From the NCBI GenBank assembly GCA_963764625.1, contig CAVXTH010000005.1:128001-192000 (forward strand): a stretch of 64,000 bases of DNA, written 5' to 3'. Source of the DNA: Candidatus Krumholzibacteriota bacterium. GTDB taxonomy: Bacteria; Krumholzibacteriota; Krumholzibacteriia; JAJRXK01. The notes below the pieces were generated by a model. The model was not told the DNA's origin. It searched no databases and saw only the letters and a program-made list of their open reading frames with translations. The position numbers were made by a program, and so were the translations under genes. This document shows positions 24,756 to 34,012 of this stretch, one piece after another; position 1 is the first letter of the stretch; the number at the start of each line of letters is the position of its first letter.

Positions 24756-26915
24756 ATGTGGACTCTGCTCTGCGAGATCGACTCCACCCGCAGCGATCGA
24801 TACGGGCGCAAGGCTTGCCAACTCCTGAAGCCTCTGCAAGAGGGGCTCCCTCTCCCCGATTCGTGGGTGCTTTCCACCGAACGGCTCGCGGCCCTTCACG
24901 GGAATCCAGCTCTCGCAAAGCAAGCAGCTCGTGAACTTTTGACCCTCGCGCCCGAAGTGCAGAGCTTTCTCTTGCGTTCGTCCTCCCCCCACGAAGACCG
25001 ACCAAGCCAGAGCGCGGCGGGACTCTTCAAGAGCGTGCCCTGCGCCGCGCGTGAGGAAAGCTTGGTCGACGGACTGAACGAGATGGCCGCGAGCACCACC
25101 GACCCGGATCTTTCACGCCTGCTCGGGCTCGAGCCCGGCGGGGTGTCTCTCGCGATTCTCGCCCAGGAAAAGCTGTCCTTTCGGATTTGGGTCACGGTCG
25201 AATGCGACGGAGGGCGTGCGGAAAGCTCGAGGCTGCGCGCGGAGGGGTTCGTGCGCGAGCCAGGGCGCCGTTTGCAATTCGAGTTTCTCGCCTCCTCCAA
25301 AGGACGGGACTCGCACTGGCGAGAGGAGCTCGTCGCCGAAGATGAGCGGATGAGCGAGACGATCGAACCCATCGAATCGGTGCTCGCCCTCGCGCGCCGG
25401 GCCGTCGAAAGCGAGTCGGGCGCATGGCTGCTCGAGTTGGGCACGACGAACCATGGTCCGGTGCTCCTCCAGCGGCGGCCGGTGCAGAGCCTCGCGCCAG
25501 CGGGGAGCCCACCGCCGTGGGCAAAGACGAGCCTCCGGGAGGATCCACCCTTTGCAGACGCTCCACTCTTCGCCGGCGACGGGGAGAAGCACTGGGAACA
25601 CGATGCGGCGCACTCGCCCGGTCCCCTGTGCCCCCTCTTGGCCGGCATCTTCGTGCGATGGATCAGAGAAAAGGGCGAAGGACATCCGGCGCGTTTGATC
25701 CACGGACGTTGGTACGATCGGGCGGAAAGCGAACGATCAGGGCCGAGGGCGAATGAGACGGAAGCGGTACGGTGGCTAGAGGACGCTTTGAACGATTGGA
25801 CGAGCCGCCGAATTCCGCGGCTGCGGCGCGGGCTCGCCACGCTCTCGGCCGAGTTTTCCCCGCTCCCCTCTCCCTCGAAGTGGCCGCGCTTCGTCGAGGC
25901 GTGGTTGGCCTGGCAGAGCGACTATTTTGACGATGCGGCGTCCGGCCTTCGCCACGCAGCCACCACCATTCTACTGGACCTACGGCGGCGGGAACTCTCT
26001 CCTCCCCCCCTGCCTCCGACCGTGGCATTGCAGCGCGAGAGGGAAATGGACGAACTGGCCACGCGCCTGAAGAAGCTAAACGAAGAAGAGCGCGAGAGGG
26101 CGCTGGAGCACTTTCTCGTGCGGCACGGCCACGTGGCTCCCGGTCACACCGATGGCCGGGGCGTGCCCTGGCGCGAGGATCCCGGCCCGCTGCTGGCCGA
26201 ACTCTCCCACCGCGCGCAGCCCGACGCAGCCATCCAGGGTTCCAAAGAGGCCTCCTCCTCGACCCGATGCAAGGAGGAACCCGCGGCCCAACTCGCGGTG
26301 CGCGCCCTCGCCGAACTGGAAGATGACGACGACCTCCTGGCCCGCGCCTACGCGCTCTTTCGCGCGTGCGCGCTGGACCTGCAAGCCTGGATGCAGCCCG
26401 AAGCCGAGAGGGCCGAGATCCTCGACCTGCTACCCGACGATCTCGATCGATTGCTGGCGAGCGGTCCCGAATGCGACCCCGAGCGCTTCGCGACGGCGCG
26501 GGGCCGGGGCGCCGCGCTTGCGGCGCGTTGGGAAACCGAATTCGAGCGGGCAAACCCGCGCGACTCAGACCGGGTGGCGGTGGGAAGCACTTTGCGCGGC
26601 CAAGCTCTCGCCGAGGGAGAAGCCGAGGGCACGCCGTGCATCCTGTCCACGGCCCAGGCCGGGGGCGGTCCGCCTCGAGGAGCGATTCTGGTGGTTCCTT
26701 TGGTGCTCCCGAGCGACGCGGTGGTGTTTTCCCGCTGCGCCGCCCTCATCTGCGAGAGCGGGACGGTGTTGGGCCACGCTGCGGTCCTGGCGCGCGAGAA
26801 GGGAATTCCCGCGGTGGTCCTTCCCGGGGCGTGCGCGCGCCTGGCGCGGGTTCTTCGCGCGCGCGTCGATGGAGGACGGGGCCGCGTGGACATCCTGAGC
26901 GTGAGGAACGAATGA
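24756..26915 (+). CDS. Divergent PEP-utilizer-family phosphotransferase with rifampin phosphotransferase (RPH)-type domain order
   Basis: N-terminal YGRKA..L and LRSSSPHED..SAAGLFKS (PPDK_N/ATP-grasp); central FLVRHGH...D...PWREDP; C-terminal swivel domain ESGTVLGHAAVLAREKGIPAVV...VDG..G.V. Confidence 0.75.
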   Translation: MWTLLCEIDSTRSDRYGRKACQLLKPLQEGLPLPDSWVLSTERLAALHGNPALAKQAARELLTLAPEVQSFLLRSSSPHEDRPSQSAAGLFKSVPCAAREESLVDGLNEMAASTTDPDLSRLLGLEPGGVSLAILAQEKLSFRIWVTVECDGGRAESSRLRAEGFVREPGRRLQFEFLASSKGRDSHWREELVAEDERMSETIEPIESVLALARRAVESESGAWLLELGTTNHGPVLLQRRPVQSLAPAGSPPPWAKTSLREDPPFADAPLFAGDGEKHWEHDAAHSPGPLCPLLAGIFVRWIREKGEGHPARLIHGRWYDRAESERSGPRANETEAVRWLEDALNDWTSRRIPRLRRGLATLSAEFSPLPSPSKWPRFVEAWLAWQSDYFDDAASGLRHAATTILLDLRRRELSPPPLPPTVALQREREMDELATRLKKLNEEERERALEHFLVRHGHVAPGHTDGRGVPWREDPGPLLAELSHRAQPDAAIQGSKEASSSTRCKEEPAAQLAVRALAELEDDDDLLARAYALFRACALDLQAWMQPEAERAEILDLLPDDLDRLLASGPECDPERFATARGRGAALAARWETEFERANPRDSDRVAVGSTLRGQALAEGEAEGTPCILSTAQAGGGPPRGAILVVPLVLPSDAVVFSRCAALICESGTVLGHAAVLAREKGIPAVVLPGACARLARVLRARVDGGRGRVDILSVRNE

Positions 26916-28357
26916 GAGCCTCGACGAAACACGGCGTATTCCCCGTGGCGGCGCTTCGTGCGAGCGCGTGGATTCTGGCGGCGCTCCTCTGCTCGGTCCC
27001 CGTCTCACGCGCGGAGACGAAGGGGCTTCCACGCGCTTCCGCCGACCGCATCGCGCGGGATCTGCGCGCCCTCTGCTCGTCGACGACGGGACGCGCGCCG
27101 GGAAGCCCGGGATTCGAAAACGCGCTGGAATACGCGGAGAGCACTCTGGGGAGTTTGGGATTGTCCCCGCGCCGTCAGAAAGTGCACGTTCATCGCTGGA
27201 TACCTGGAACCCTAAAGTTGACTCCCTTGCGCGCCGGCGAGTCTCCGCTCACTCTCCACTCCCTGGCGCGGAGCGGTGGCGTCGTCTCGGGGAACTTCTC
27301 GCTCCTCGACCTCGGGGAAGGCACTCGGGAGGAACTGCGCGAGGCGGCCCCTCTCATCCCGGGCCAGATTCTTCTCCTGGAAGCGGGAAACTCAGGTCAA
27401 GCGGAGCTGATCCACCGCCTCGAACAGGTGGACCGGGCCGCCGCCGCCGGCGCGGCCGCGGTCCTCTTCCTGAGTCCCCTCCGATGTGAACTCCAGGGGG
27501 TGGTGGCCTGGAACGGTGCGTCGGCGATTCCGGCCTACAGCGGCCGAGGTCTCGGGCGCTTGAAAGAGATCGCGGCCGCCGATTCCTCGCTCGTTCTCCG
27601 CACGCGCGAGGAGAAGCCCGGCGCGTTGCGCGAAGTTAGCTCGGCGAACCTCATCGCCGAGCTGAAGGGAAGCTCGCCCGCGGCGGGACAGATTCTGCTC
27701 AGCGCTCATCTCGACGCGTGGAATCTGGGCCAGGGGGCCCTGGACAATGCGGCGGGAGTGTGCGTGTTACTCGAAGCGGCTCGCCTCCTCTCCGCCCACG
27801 CGCCTCCCACGGAAGGACCGAGAGCGAGGCGCACGATTCGATTCGTTCTGTTCAGCGGGGAGGAGCTCGCGCTCGAGGGGAGCCGTGCCTATTTGCGGAA
27901 AGTCCGTGAAGGAAAGGAGGCGCCGCCGTCGGTGGTCGTAAACCTGGAAATGTGCGAGTCCCCCGCCGGGTTCGTGATTCACTCGGGGGAGAGTTTGACT
28001 CCCTTTCTGCAGAGAGTGGTGCTAGAGCACCGCGACTTGGGCCTCGACGCGGGGGTAGTGCAGCGACTCGATTTATACAGCGATCAGATGCCTTTCCTGT
28101 TGGCAGGCTTTCCCTCCTTCACCCTTGCGTATCATCGCGGAGAGAGCGCGCTCCTGCGCGCGCACACCGTCTACGATCGCATGGAGTCGATTGATCCAAA
28201 TGGGTTGGCGCGCAGCGCGGAACTCGTCGCCGCCACTCTGCTGGAGCTCGCTGAGGGCTCGGTTCCGATTCCTTCGCGTTTAGAGGACGCTTCGCTGCGC
28301 GAACTCTTCTCGCGAAACGATCGAGAGCTGAGTCATGTCCGCTCGCTGGGATACTGA
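26912..28357 (+). CDS. Exported M28-family peptidase with PA domain (carboxypeptidase Q-like)
   Basis: Signal peptide; GRAPGSPG, SAHLDAW, GALDNAAG, SGEELAL, NLEM, SDQMPF, HTVYD; ATGA overlap with the upstream stop. Confidence 0.88.
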   Translation: MRASTKHGVFPVAALRASAWILAALLCSVPVSRAETKGLPRASADRIARDLRALCSSTTGRAPGSPGFENALEYAESTLGSLGLSPRRQKVHVHRWIPGTLKLTPLRAGESPLTLHSLARSGGVVSGNFSLLDLGEGTREELREAAPLIPGQILLLEAGNSGQAELIHRLEQVDRAAAAGAAAVLFLSPLRCELQGVVAWNGASAIPAYSGRGLGRLKEIAAADSSLVLRTREEKPGALREVSSANLIAELKGSSPAAGQILLSAHLDAWNLGQGALDNAAGVCVLLEAARLLSAHAPPTEGPRARRTIRFVLFSGEELALEGSRAYLRKVREGKEAPPSVVVNLEMCESPAGFVIHSGESLTPFLQRVVLEHRDLGLDAGVVQRLDLYSDQMPFLLAGFPSFTLAYHRGESALLRAHTVYDRMESIDPNGLARSAELVAATLLELAEGSVPIPSRLEDASLRELFSRNDRELSHVRSLGY

Positions 28358-28412
28358 GCGTAGCGAGCGAATCCGCTCCATGGTCACGCTTCTGAATCGA
28401 CCACTTGAACCC

Positions 28413-28439
28413 TGCAACACGCTGGTGTCACAATACGTA
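28413..28439 (+). promoter_or_regulatory. Candidate ECF-sigma promoter upstream of tricorn protease
   Basis: TGCAAC-N17-CGTA, resembling the ECF AAC-N16/17-CGT pattern. Confidence 0.35.
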
Positions 28440-28534
28440 GACGCTGCGACTCGGGCCCGGAATTCTGCCGCGCCCTCCTCTCGTTTGCGATTGCAAGGAA
28501 CCCGGCGTATCCGGGGAAAGGATACATTTCAGCC

Positions 28535-31500
28535 GTGAAGACGAAGACCCTGACTCTCTTGTTCCTGGCGCTTCTGGCCAGCGGGCTCTTTTCCGGCGCC
28601 CGGGCCGAAGAAGGGACCAAGCTGCTCCGCTACCCGGACATCTCCGCTACTCAAATCGTTTTCGTCTACGCCGGTGATCTGTGGATCGTGGGTCGCGAGG
28701 GCGGACAGGCCCGCCGCCTCACGAGCGCACCGGGAATCGAGAGCTTTCCGCGATTCTCTCCGGATGGCAAATGGGTGGCCTTCAGCGCTTCGTACGATGG
28801 AAACACGGACGTCTACGTCATTTCTTCCCAAGGGGGACAGCCTCGCCGGCTCAGCTTCCATCCCTCGGCCGACTCCGTTCTGGACTGGTCGCCCGACGGC
28901 AAGAAAATTCTCTTTCGCTCCGCGCGAGTGAGCGCGCCGCAGAGATTCAATCGTTACTTCGAGGTGGAAATCGATGGTAAGGGAATGCCCGAACTCTTGC
29001 CGATTCCCCACGGAGGACCGGCCTCCTACTCGCCCGACGGAAAATCGCTGGCGTACAGCCCGCGCTCGCGCGAGATGCGCACCTGGAAACGCTACCGCGG
29101 GGGCCGCACCGATTACGTCGCGATCTTCCATCTCGACGACGGAAGCTACGAGGAGCTGCCCCGCGCGGCCGCGAACGACTTCTGGCCCATGTGGGCGCCC
29201 GGCGCCATCTACTTCGCTTCCGATCGCGATCGACATCTGAATCTCTGGCGCTACGATCTAAAGTCCAAGGAGCTGCGCCAACTCACCCACTTCAGCGAAT
29301 TCGACCTCAAGTGGCCCTCCCTCGGCCCGGACGCCATCGTGTTTCAGAACGGCGGCGAGCTGCACGTCTTCGATCTCGCGAGCGAGACGGAGAAAAAAGT
29401 GGTGATCGAGGTCCGGGGAGAGCTGCTCGTCGCGCGCACGAAGAGAAAGTCGGTGAAGGACGAAGTCCGCAACGCCTCTCTGTCGCCGAACGCGAAACGC
29501 GTGGCGTTCGAAGCTCGGGGAGAGATCTTCACCGTTCCGGCCGAGAACGGTCCGACCCGTCAGCTCACCCACACCAGCGGCATCTTCGAGCGCGATCCGG
29601 CGTGGTCGCCGGATGGAGAGCACATTGCGTACTTCAGCGACCGCGGCGGCGAGTGGGCCATCTATCTGCAGTCGCGCACGGGCGAGGACGAAACCAAGCT
29701 CATCGACTCCAAGGACAAGGCCTATCCTACCGACCTCATCTGGTCTCCCGACAGCGCAAAGCTGCTCTACACCGATCAGAGGGCCCGGCTGTGGTGCGTG
29801 AACGTCTCCGGCAAGAGCCGTGAACTCGTCGATTCATCGCCCGCGCGTGAGGGAGTGGAGCAGGCTGCCTGGTCCCCGGATAGCCGCTGGGTCTGCTATG
29901 CGAAGAGCGAGGACTACTCCAACCGGGACATCTGGCTCTGGTCGTATGAGACCAAGAAGAACTCTCGCATCAGCAGCTCGTTCTACGCGGACTTCGGGCC
30001 CACTTTCGATTTGAACGGCAAGTATCTGTATTTCGGCTCGCGTCGCAATTTCTATCCCAGCACGGATGTCTTCGACTGGCATTTCAGCTACTACCTGAAC
30101 AACGGTCTCTTCTGCGTGGTGCTCGACTCTTCCGCGCCCTCGCCCTTTGCTCCCAAGAACGACGAGGAGAAGCCAAAGGAAAAGGACGAGGACGAGGCCA
30201 AGAAGGGCGTTCCAAGGACGAGAAAGAGGATGGCGCCGACAGGAAGAGGTGCAGAGGACGGTCATCGACCTCGAGGGAATCGGTGATCGGATCGTTCCTC
30301 TTGCCGGTGCCCTCGGGAAACTACAGCGGGCTGAGCGGAGGCAAGGGCAAGCTCTTCTATCTGAGCGAGGATTTCGAGTCCGAACAGGCGGCCCGCCCAG
30401 ACGGCCCGAAGGGACAGGAGCTACTGGTCTTCGACATGGAGGAGCGCGAAGGCGCCGAGGTCTTGGGTGGCATCAACGGCTTCGGAATCGACGCGAAGGG
30501 AAAGAAGCTCCTGGTACTGAGTGCTGGCGGCTCCTACTCGATCGTCGACGCGGCGAAGGATCAGAAAGCAGACGATGGCGTGCTCGATCTCTCCGGCCTG
30601 GTCACCACCATCGACTACCGGGAGGAGTGGGCTCAGATCTTCCACGAGGCTTGGCGCATCGAGCGCGATTACTTCTGGGATCCCGGCATGGGTGGCAAGG
30701 ACTGGGACGCGATCGGAAAGCGCTACGAAAAACTCTTGCCCTGGGTCGCCCACCGCAGCGATCTCAACTACCTCATCGGCGAACTCATCGGCGAACTGGC
30801 CACTTCCCACACTTACGTGGGCGGGGGAGACTACCCGAAGATACCCCACGTGGGAGTGGGTCTGCTGGGAGTCGATTTCGCGCCCGGCGAGGGCTACTGG
30901 CGGCTTGCGAAGATCTACCCGGGAGAGGACTGGGACGAGGATCGCGTGGCGCCGCTTCGTGCTCCCGGCCTCGATGTCAAAGAGGGCGACTATCTCATCG
31001 CGGTCAACGGGATGGAGGTTCCCGTCGGCGACAACCCCTACTCCCATTTCCAGGGAATGGCCGAACAGGAGATCACTCTTCTCATCAACGACAAGCCCTC
31101 GCGCAAAGGGGCGCACGAGATCCTGGTGACCACCATCGGCAACGAGAGCGGTCTGCGCTATTACGACTGGGTGGAGAGCAACCGCAGGAAAGTGGACGAG
31201 GCGACCGACGGTCGCGTGGGCTACATGCACGTGCCCAACACGAGCATCGCGGGCCTGCGCGAATTCGACAAGTACCTCCAGGCCCAAACCCTCAAGAAGG
31301 CCCTCATCGTCGACGAACGCTACAACGCGGGCGGAATGATCCCGGATTTCTACACGAACAAGCTCAAGAAGAGGCTCTTGAATTTCATCTCTCCGCGAGA
31401 CGGGAAGGACATGCCCTGGCCACCGAGTACTCTGTTCGGGCCCAAGGTCTTGTTGGTGAACGAATTCGCAGGCAGCGGCGGGGACTGTTTTCCCTGGTAC

Positions 31501-31815
31501 TTCCAGCAGGAAAAGATCGGACCCGTCATCGGCATGCGGACCTGGGGAGGTCTGGTGGGGTACTCGCGGATCATTCCCATGCTGGACGGCGGACGGGTCA
31601 CCGCGCCCGAGATCGCCTTCTGGAGTCCGCAGAACGGGGGTCAGTGGATCGTGGAGAACCACGGAGTGGATCCCGACATCGAAGTCGACAACCGGCCCGA
31701 TCTGGTGGCGAAGGGACAGGATCCACAGCTGGAGAAGGCGATCGAGGTGGTTTTGAAAGAGCTGAAGGAGCAGCCGCCGTTGCCCGAGCGTCCGGCGTAT
31801 CCGCGCGGACGCTAG
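28535..31815 (+). CDS. Tricorn protease homologue (S41, beta-propellers plus PDZ), exported; frame broken at about 30210-30300
   Basis: ORF 28535..30286 (LLRYPDIS, PD40 repeats, TWKRYRGG) plus ORF 30283..31815 (GELATSHTY, DERYNAGG, AGSGGDCFP, RTWGG, ENHGVDPD). The linker VIDLEGIGDRIV is in the third frame. Confidence 0.92.
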
Positions 31816-32177
31816 TCCTCGATCGGCTTTTCCTGGTGCGGCGCGTAGCGCACGACGGTGACTCGCTCGAGGGTGACGAGACCACCGGAGAGAATGTCGG
31901 CCGCCTCCTCCAGGAGGCGGTCGATCTTTTTTCTCTCGTCGACGATTTCGATCACCATGGGAAGATCCTCCGAGAGACGCAGAACGCGGGCCGTGTGCAA
32001 ACGGCTGTGAGCTCCGAAACCCATGGAGCCACGCAGGACGGTGGCGCCGGCGAGTCCCATCTCCTTGGCCTTCTTCACGATGACCTCGAAGAGCGGTTTG
32101 TTCTGGTAGCGATCCCCCTCGCCGAGAAAGATCCTCACCAGCCACGCCTGCTGCGGAATGGGCTCGATGACGTTCAT
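31812..32177 (-). CDS. DUF190 (PII-like) protein, the usual partner of crcB
   Basis: VRIFLGEGD, GLAGATVLRGSMGFG, LRLSEDLPMVIEIVD; start ATG 32177. Confidence 0.92.
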   Translation of the reverse strand: MNVIEPIPQQAWLVRIFLGEGDRYQNKPLFEVIVKKAKEMGLAGATVLRGSMGFGAHSRLHTARVLRLSEDLPMVIEIVDERKKIDRLLEEAADILSGGLVTLERVTVVRYAPHQEKPIED

Positions 32178-32178
32178 C

Positions 32179-32562
32179 TCAGATCCCCCAGACTCGCTGG
32201 GCCAGGCGGTAGCCGAAAAGCACGGCCAACAGTCCCAGTCCATTGCTCAAGAGAAGATTTCCCGCGGCCAGGGCCCAGCGCCCATCCGACACCAGCATCG
32301 TGGTCTCCCAGCCGAAGGTGGAGAAGGTGGTGAACGCTCCCAGGAGCCCCACCAACAGAGCCAGGCGAAGTTCCTCCCGCAGGAGCAAGGGGCCGGCGAT
32401 GGCGGTGCCCAACAGTCCCAACGCGAAGCAACCCAGGACGTTCACGACGAGAGTTCCCCAGGGAAACGACGCACTGGCCACGCGGTGCACCCAACCGGCC
32501 ACCAGGTAGCGCAGAGTGGCGCCCACGGCGCCCCCGGCTGCGATGAAGAGAAGACGGTACAT
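32179..32562 (-). CDS. crcB: Fluoride efflux channel Fluc/CrcB
   Basis: GGAVGATLRY, FPWGTLVVNVLG, GLLGAFTTFSTF; start ATG 32562 with GGAG SD. Confidence 0.96.
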   Translation of the reverse strand: MYRLLFIAAGGAVGATLRYLVAGWVHRVASASFPWGTLVVNVLGCFALGLLGTAIAGPLLLREELRLALLVGLLGAFTTFSTFGWETTMLVSDGRWALAAGNLLLSNGLGLLAVLFGYRLAQRVWGI

Positions 32563-32597
32563 GAGTTCTCCCGGCTCTGATGCGCTGATGGCAAAAC

Positions 32598-32626
32598 ATC
32601 TTAGGCCATCGATCGGTGACTGACGA
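32598..32626 (-). promoter_or_regulatory. Candidate sigma70 promoter for crcB-DUF190
   Basis: TCGTCA-N17-TAAGAT. Confidence 0.45.
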
Positions 32627-32629
32627 GGT

Positions 32630-34012
32630 TCAGATTGTCGAGTCCGGCGTCGAGCCACCTCTGCGGCCCAACAAACGCCAGAGCGGCCACGACAGCAGCA
32701 TGAGAGCGAGGCCGACGAAGGACGAGCGTGGTTGATCACGCAGGACCCAGTAGCTGCTGCCCATCGCCGCCACCAGGGCCAGAATCGAGGGCAAAGGCCA
32801 CAGGGGAATGCGCCTCGCCTCGCGGGGAACGCGCCCGCGCGTACGCAGCCACATCCCCCCCAGCAGGATGAGAGAGGAGAAGATCCCGGTGGCAAACGCG
32901 AAATATTTGACCAACTCCTCGAACTTGCCCACGAGCGCATAGAGGAAGGCAACGATGCCCAAGATGAGCACTGCGGTGCTCGGAATCTGCCGCTTCGAAC
33001 TGAGGCGCCCCACCGCGGGGGAAATCACGCCCCCCTCGGCCAATCCGACCAGAAGCCGGGGTCCGCTGAAGAGAAGAGCTTGCGCGGCAGAGAAAGTGGC
33101 AAGGAAGATCAACGCGTTCATGAGCGCCGACGCACTTCCCCCCATCAACACATGCGCCAAGTCCGCCGCGACGGTGGGAGACGCTGACAGAGTCGGCAGT
33201 CCGAGGTTGAGCAGCAGAGCCAGAGTGTAACCGCCGTAGACGAACGCGATGAGAAGTACGCTGAGGACCAGGGCGCGAATCAGAGTGCGCGAGGGACGCC
33301 GGACTTCTCCGGCCACCACCACGATTTCGAGGAATCCTTCGTAGCACCACAGCACGCCGACGAGACCCAGGAACCAGGCCTTCAATCCGGGCGCGGCCGC
33401 ATCGGCAAGGGAATCCGCTCCCGCCGGCGCGCCGGACGACGAGCCGGTGCCCAGCGAGCTGAGATGGTGAAGCCACCCGGTGCCGCTGGCCGCCAGCAGG
33501 CCCACGATCGCCAGCACGAGCAAGCTCGCCAGCTTGATTCCACTCAGAGCGGCGGTAAAGCGCGTGCTCGAGGTGGCTCGAACCAAGTTGATCCCCGTCG
33601 CCAGAATCACGACGCCGAGTGAAAGTAGAGTGACGAGTTCGTCTTGAAGCCCCAAGAGTTGCGCGAGCGAGCGCCCGCTAACCCGAGCCAGTCCGCCGAT
33701 GCTGCTGGGATAGAGCACGAAGATGGCAGCCCAGCCGTAGACGAAGGCCATGCGGGTTCCGAAAATCTCCCGCAGATACACCACGTAGCCGCCGGTCGAG
33801 GGAAACAGGGTCGCGAGCTCGGCGTAACTCAGAGCGGAACACAGCGCCAGCACGGCTCCTAACTGCCACACCGAAAGAAAGGCCAGGGGGGTGGGAAGCT
33901 GCGTCGCGACGTAGGCGGGCAGAACGAAGATCCCCGAACCCACCACCACACCCACGGCGAGAGCGATAAGGGGTCCCAGACCGAGACAGCGTGGCAGCGG
34001 CGAGACGCTCAC
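32630..34012 (-). CDS. APC-family amino acid permease
   Basis: VVGSGIFVLP, YAELATLFPSTGG, WCYEG, AGEVRRP, about 12 hydrophobic segments; GTGA overlap with the upstream lipoprotein. Confidence 0.92.
   Translation of the reverse strand: MSVSPLPRCLGLGPLIALAVGVVVGSGIFVLPAYVATQLPTPLAFLSVWQLGAVLALCSALSYAELATLFPSTGGYVVYLREIFGTRMAFVYGWAAIFVLYPSSIGGLARVSGRSLAQLLGLQDELVTLLSLGVVILATGINLVRATSSTRFTAALSGIKLASLLVLAIVGLLAASGTGWLHHLSSLGTGSSSGAPAGADSLADAAAPGLKAWFLGLVGVLWCYEGFLEIVVVAGEVRRPSRTLIRALVLSVLLIAFVYGGYTLALLLNLGLPTLSASPTVAADLAHVLMGGSASALMNALIFLATFSAAQALLFSGPRLLVGLAEGGVISPAVGRLSSKRQIPSTAVLILGIVAFLYALVGKFEELVKYFAFATGIFSSLILLGGMWLRTRGRVPREARRIPLWPLPSILALVAAMGSSYWVLRDQPRSSFVGLALMLLSWPLWRLLGRRGGSTPDSTI

Noticed and set aside
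28452-28469. Sigma54 site upstream of tricorn (GGGCCCGGAATTCTGCC)
   Set aside because: GG-to-GC spacing is 11, not the strictly required 10.
32563-32629. Fluoride riboswitch upstream of crcB (GATGGC...GCCATC hairpin)
   Set aside because: It lacks the GGNGAUGG..UCNCC / AACCGC / GCUGAUGAC consensus, and a sigma70-like TCGTCA-N17-TAAGAT occupies the spacer, leaving only about 30 nt of leader.
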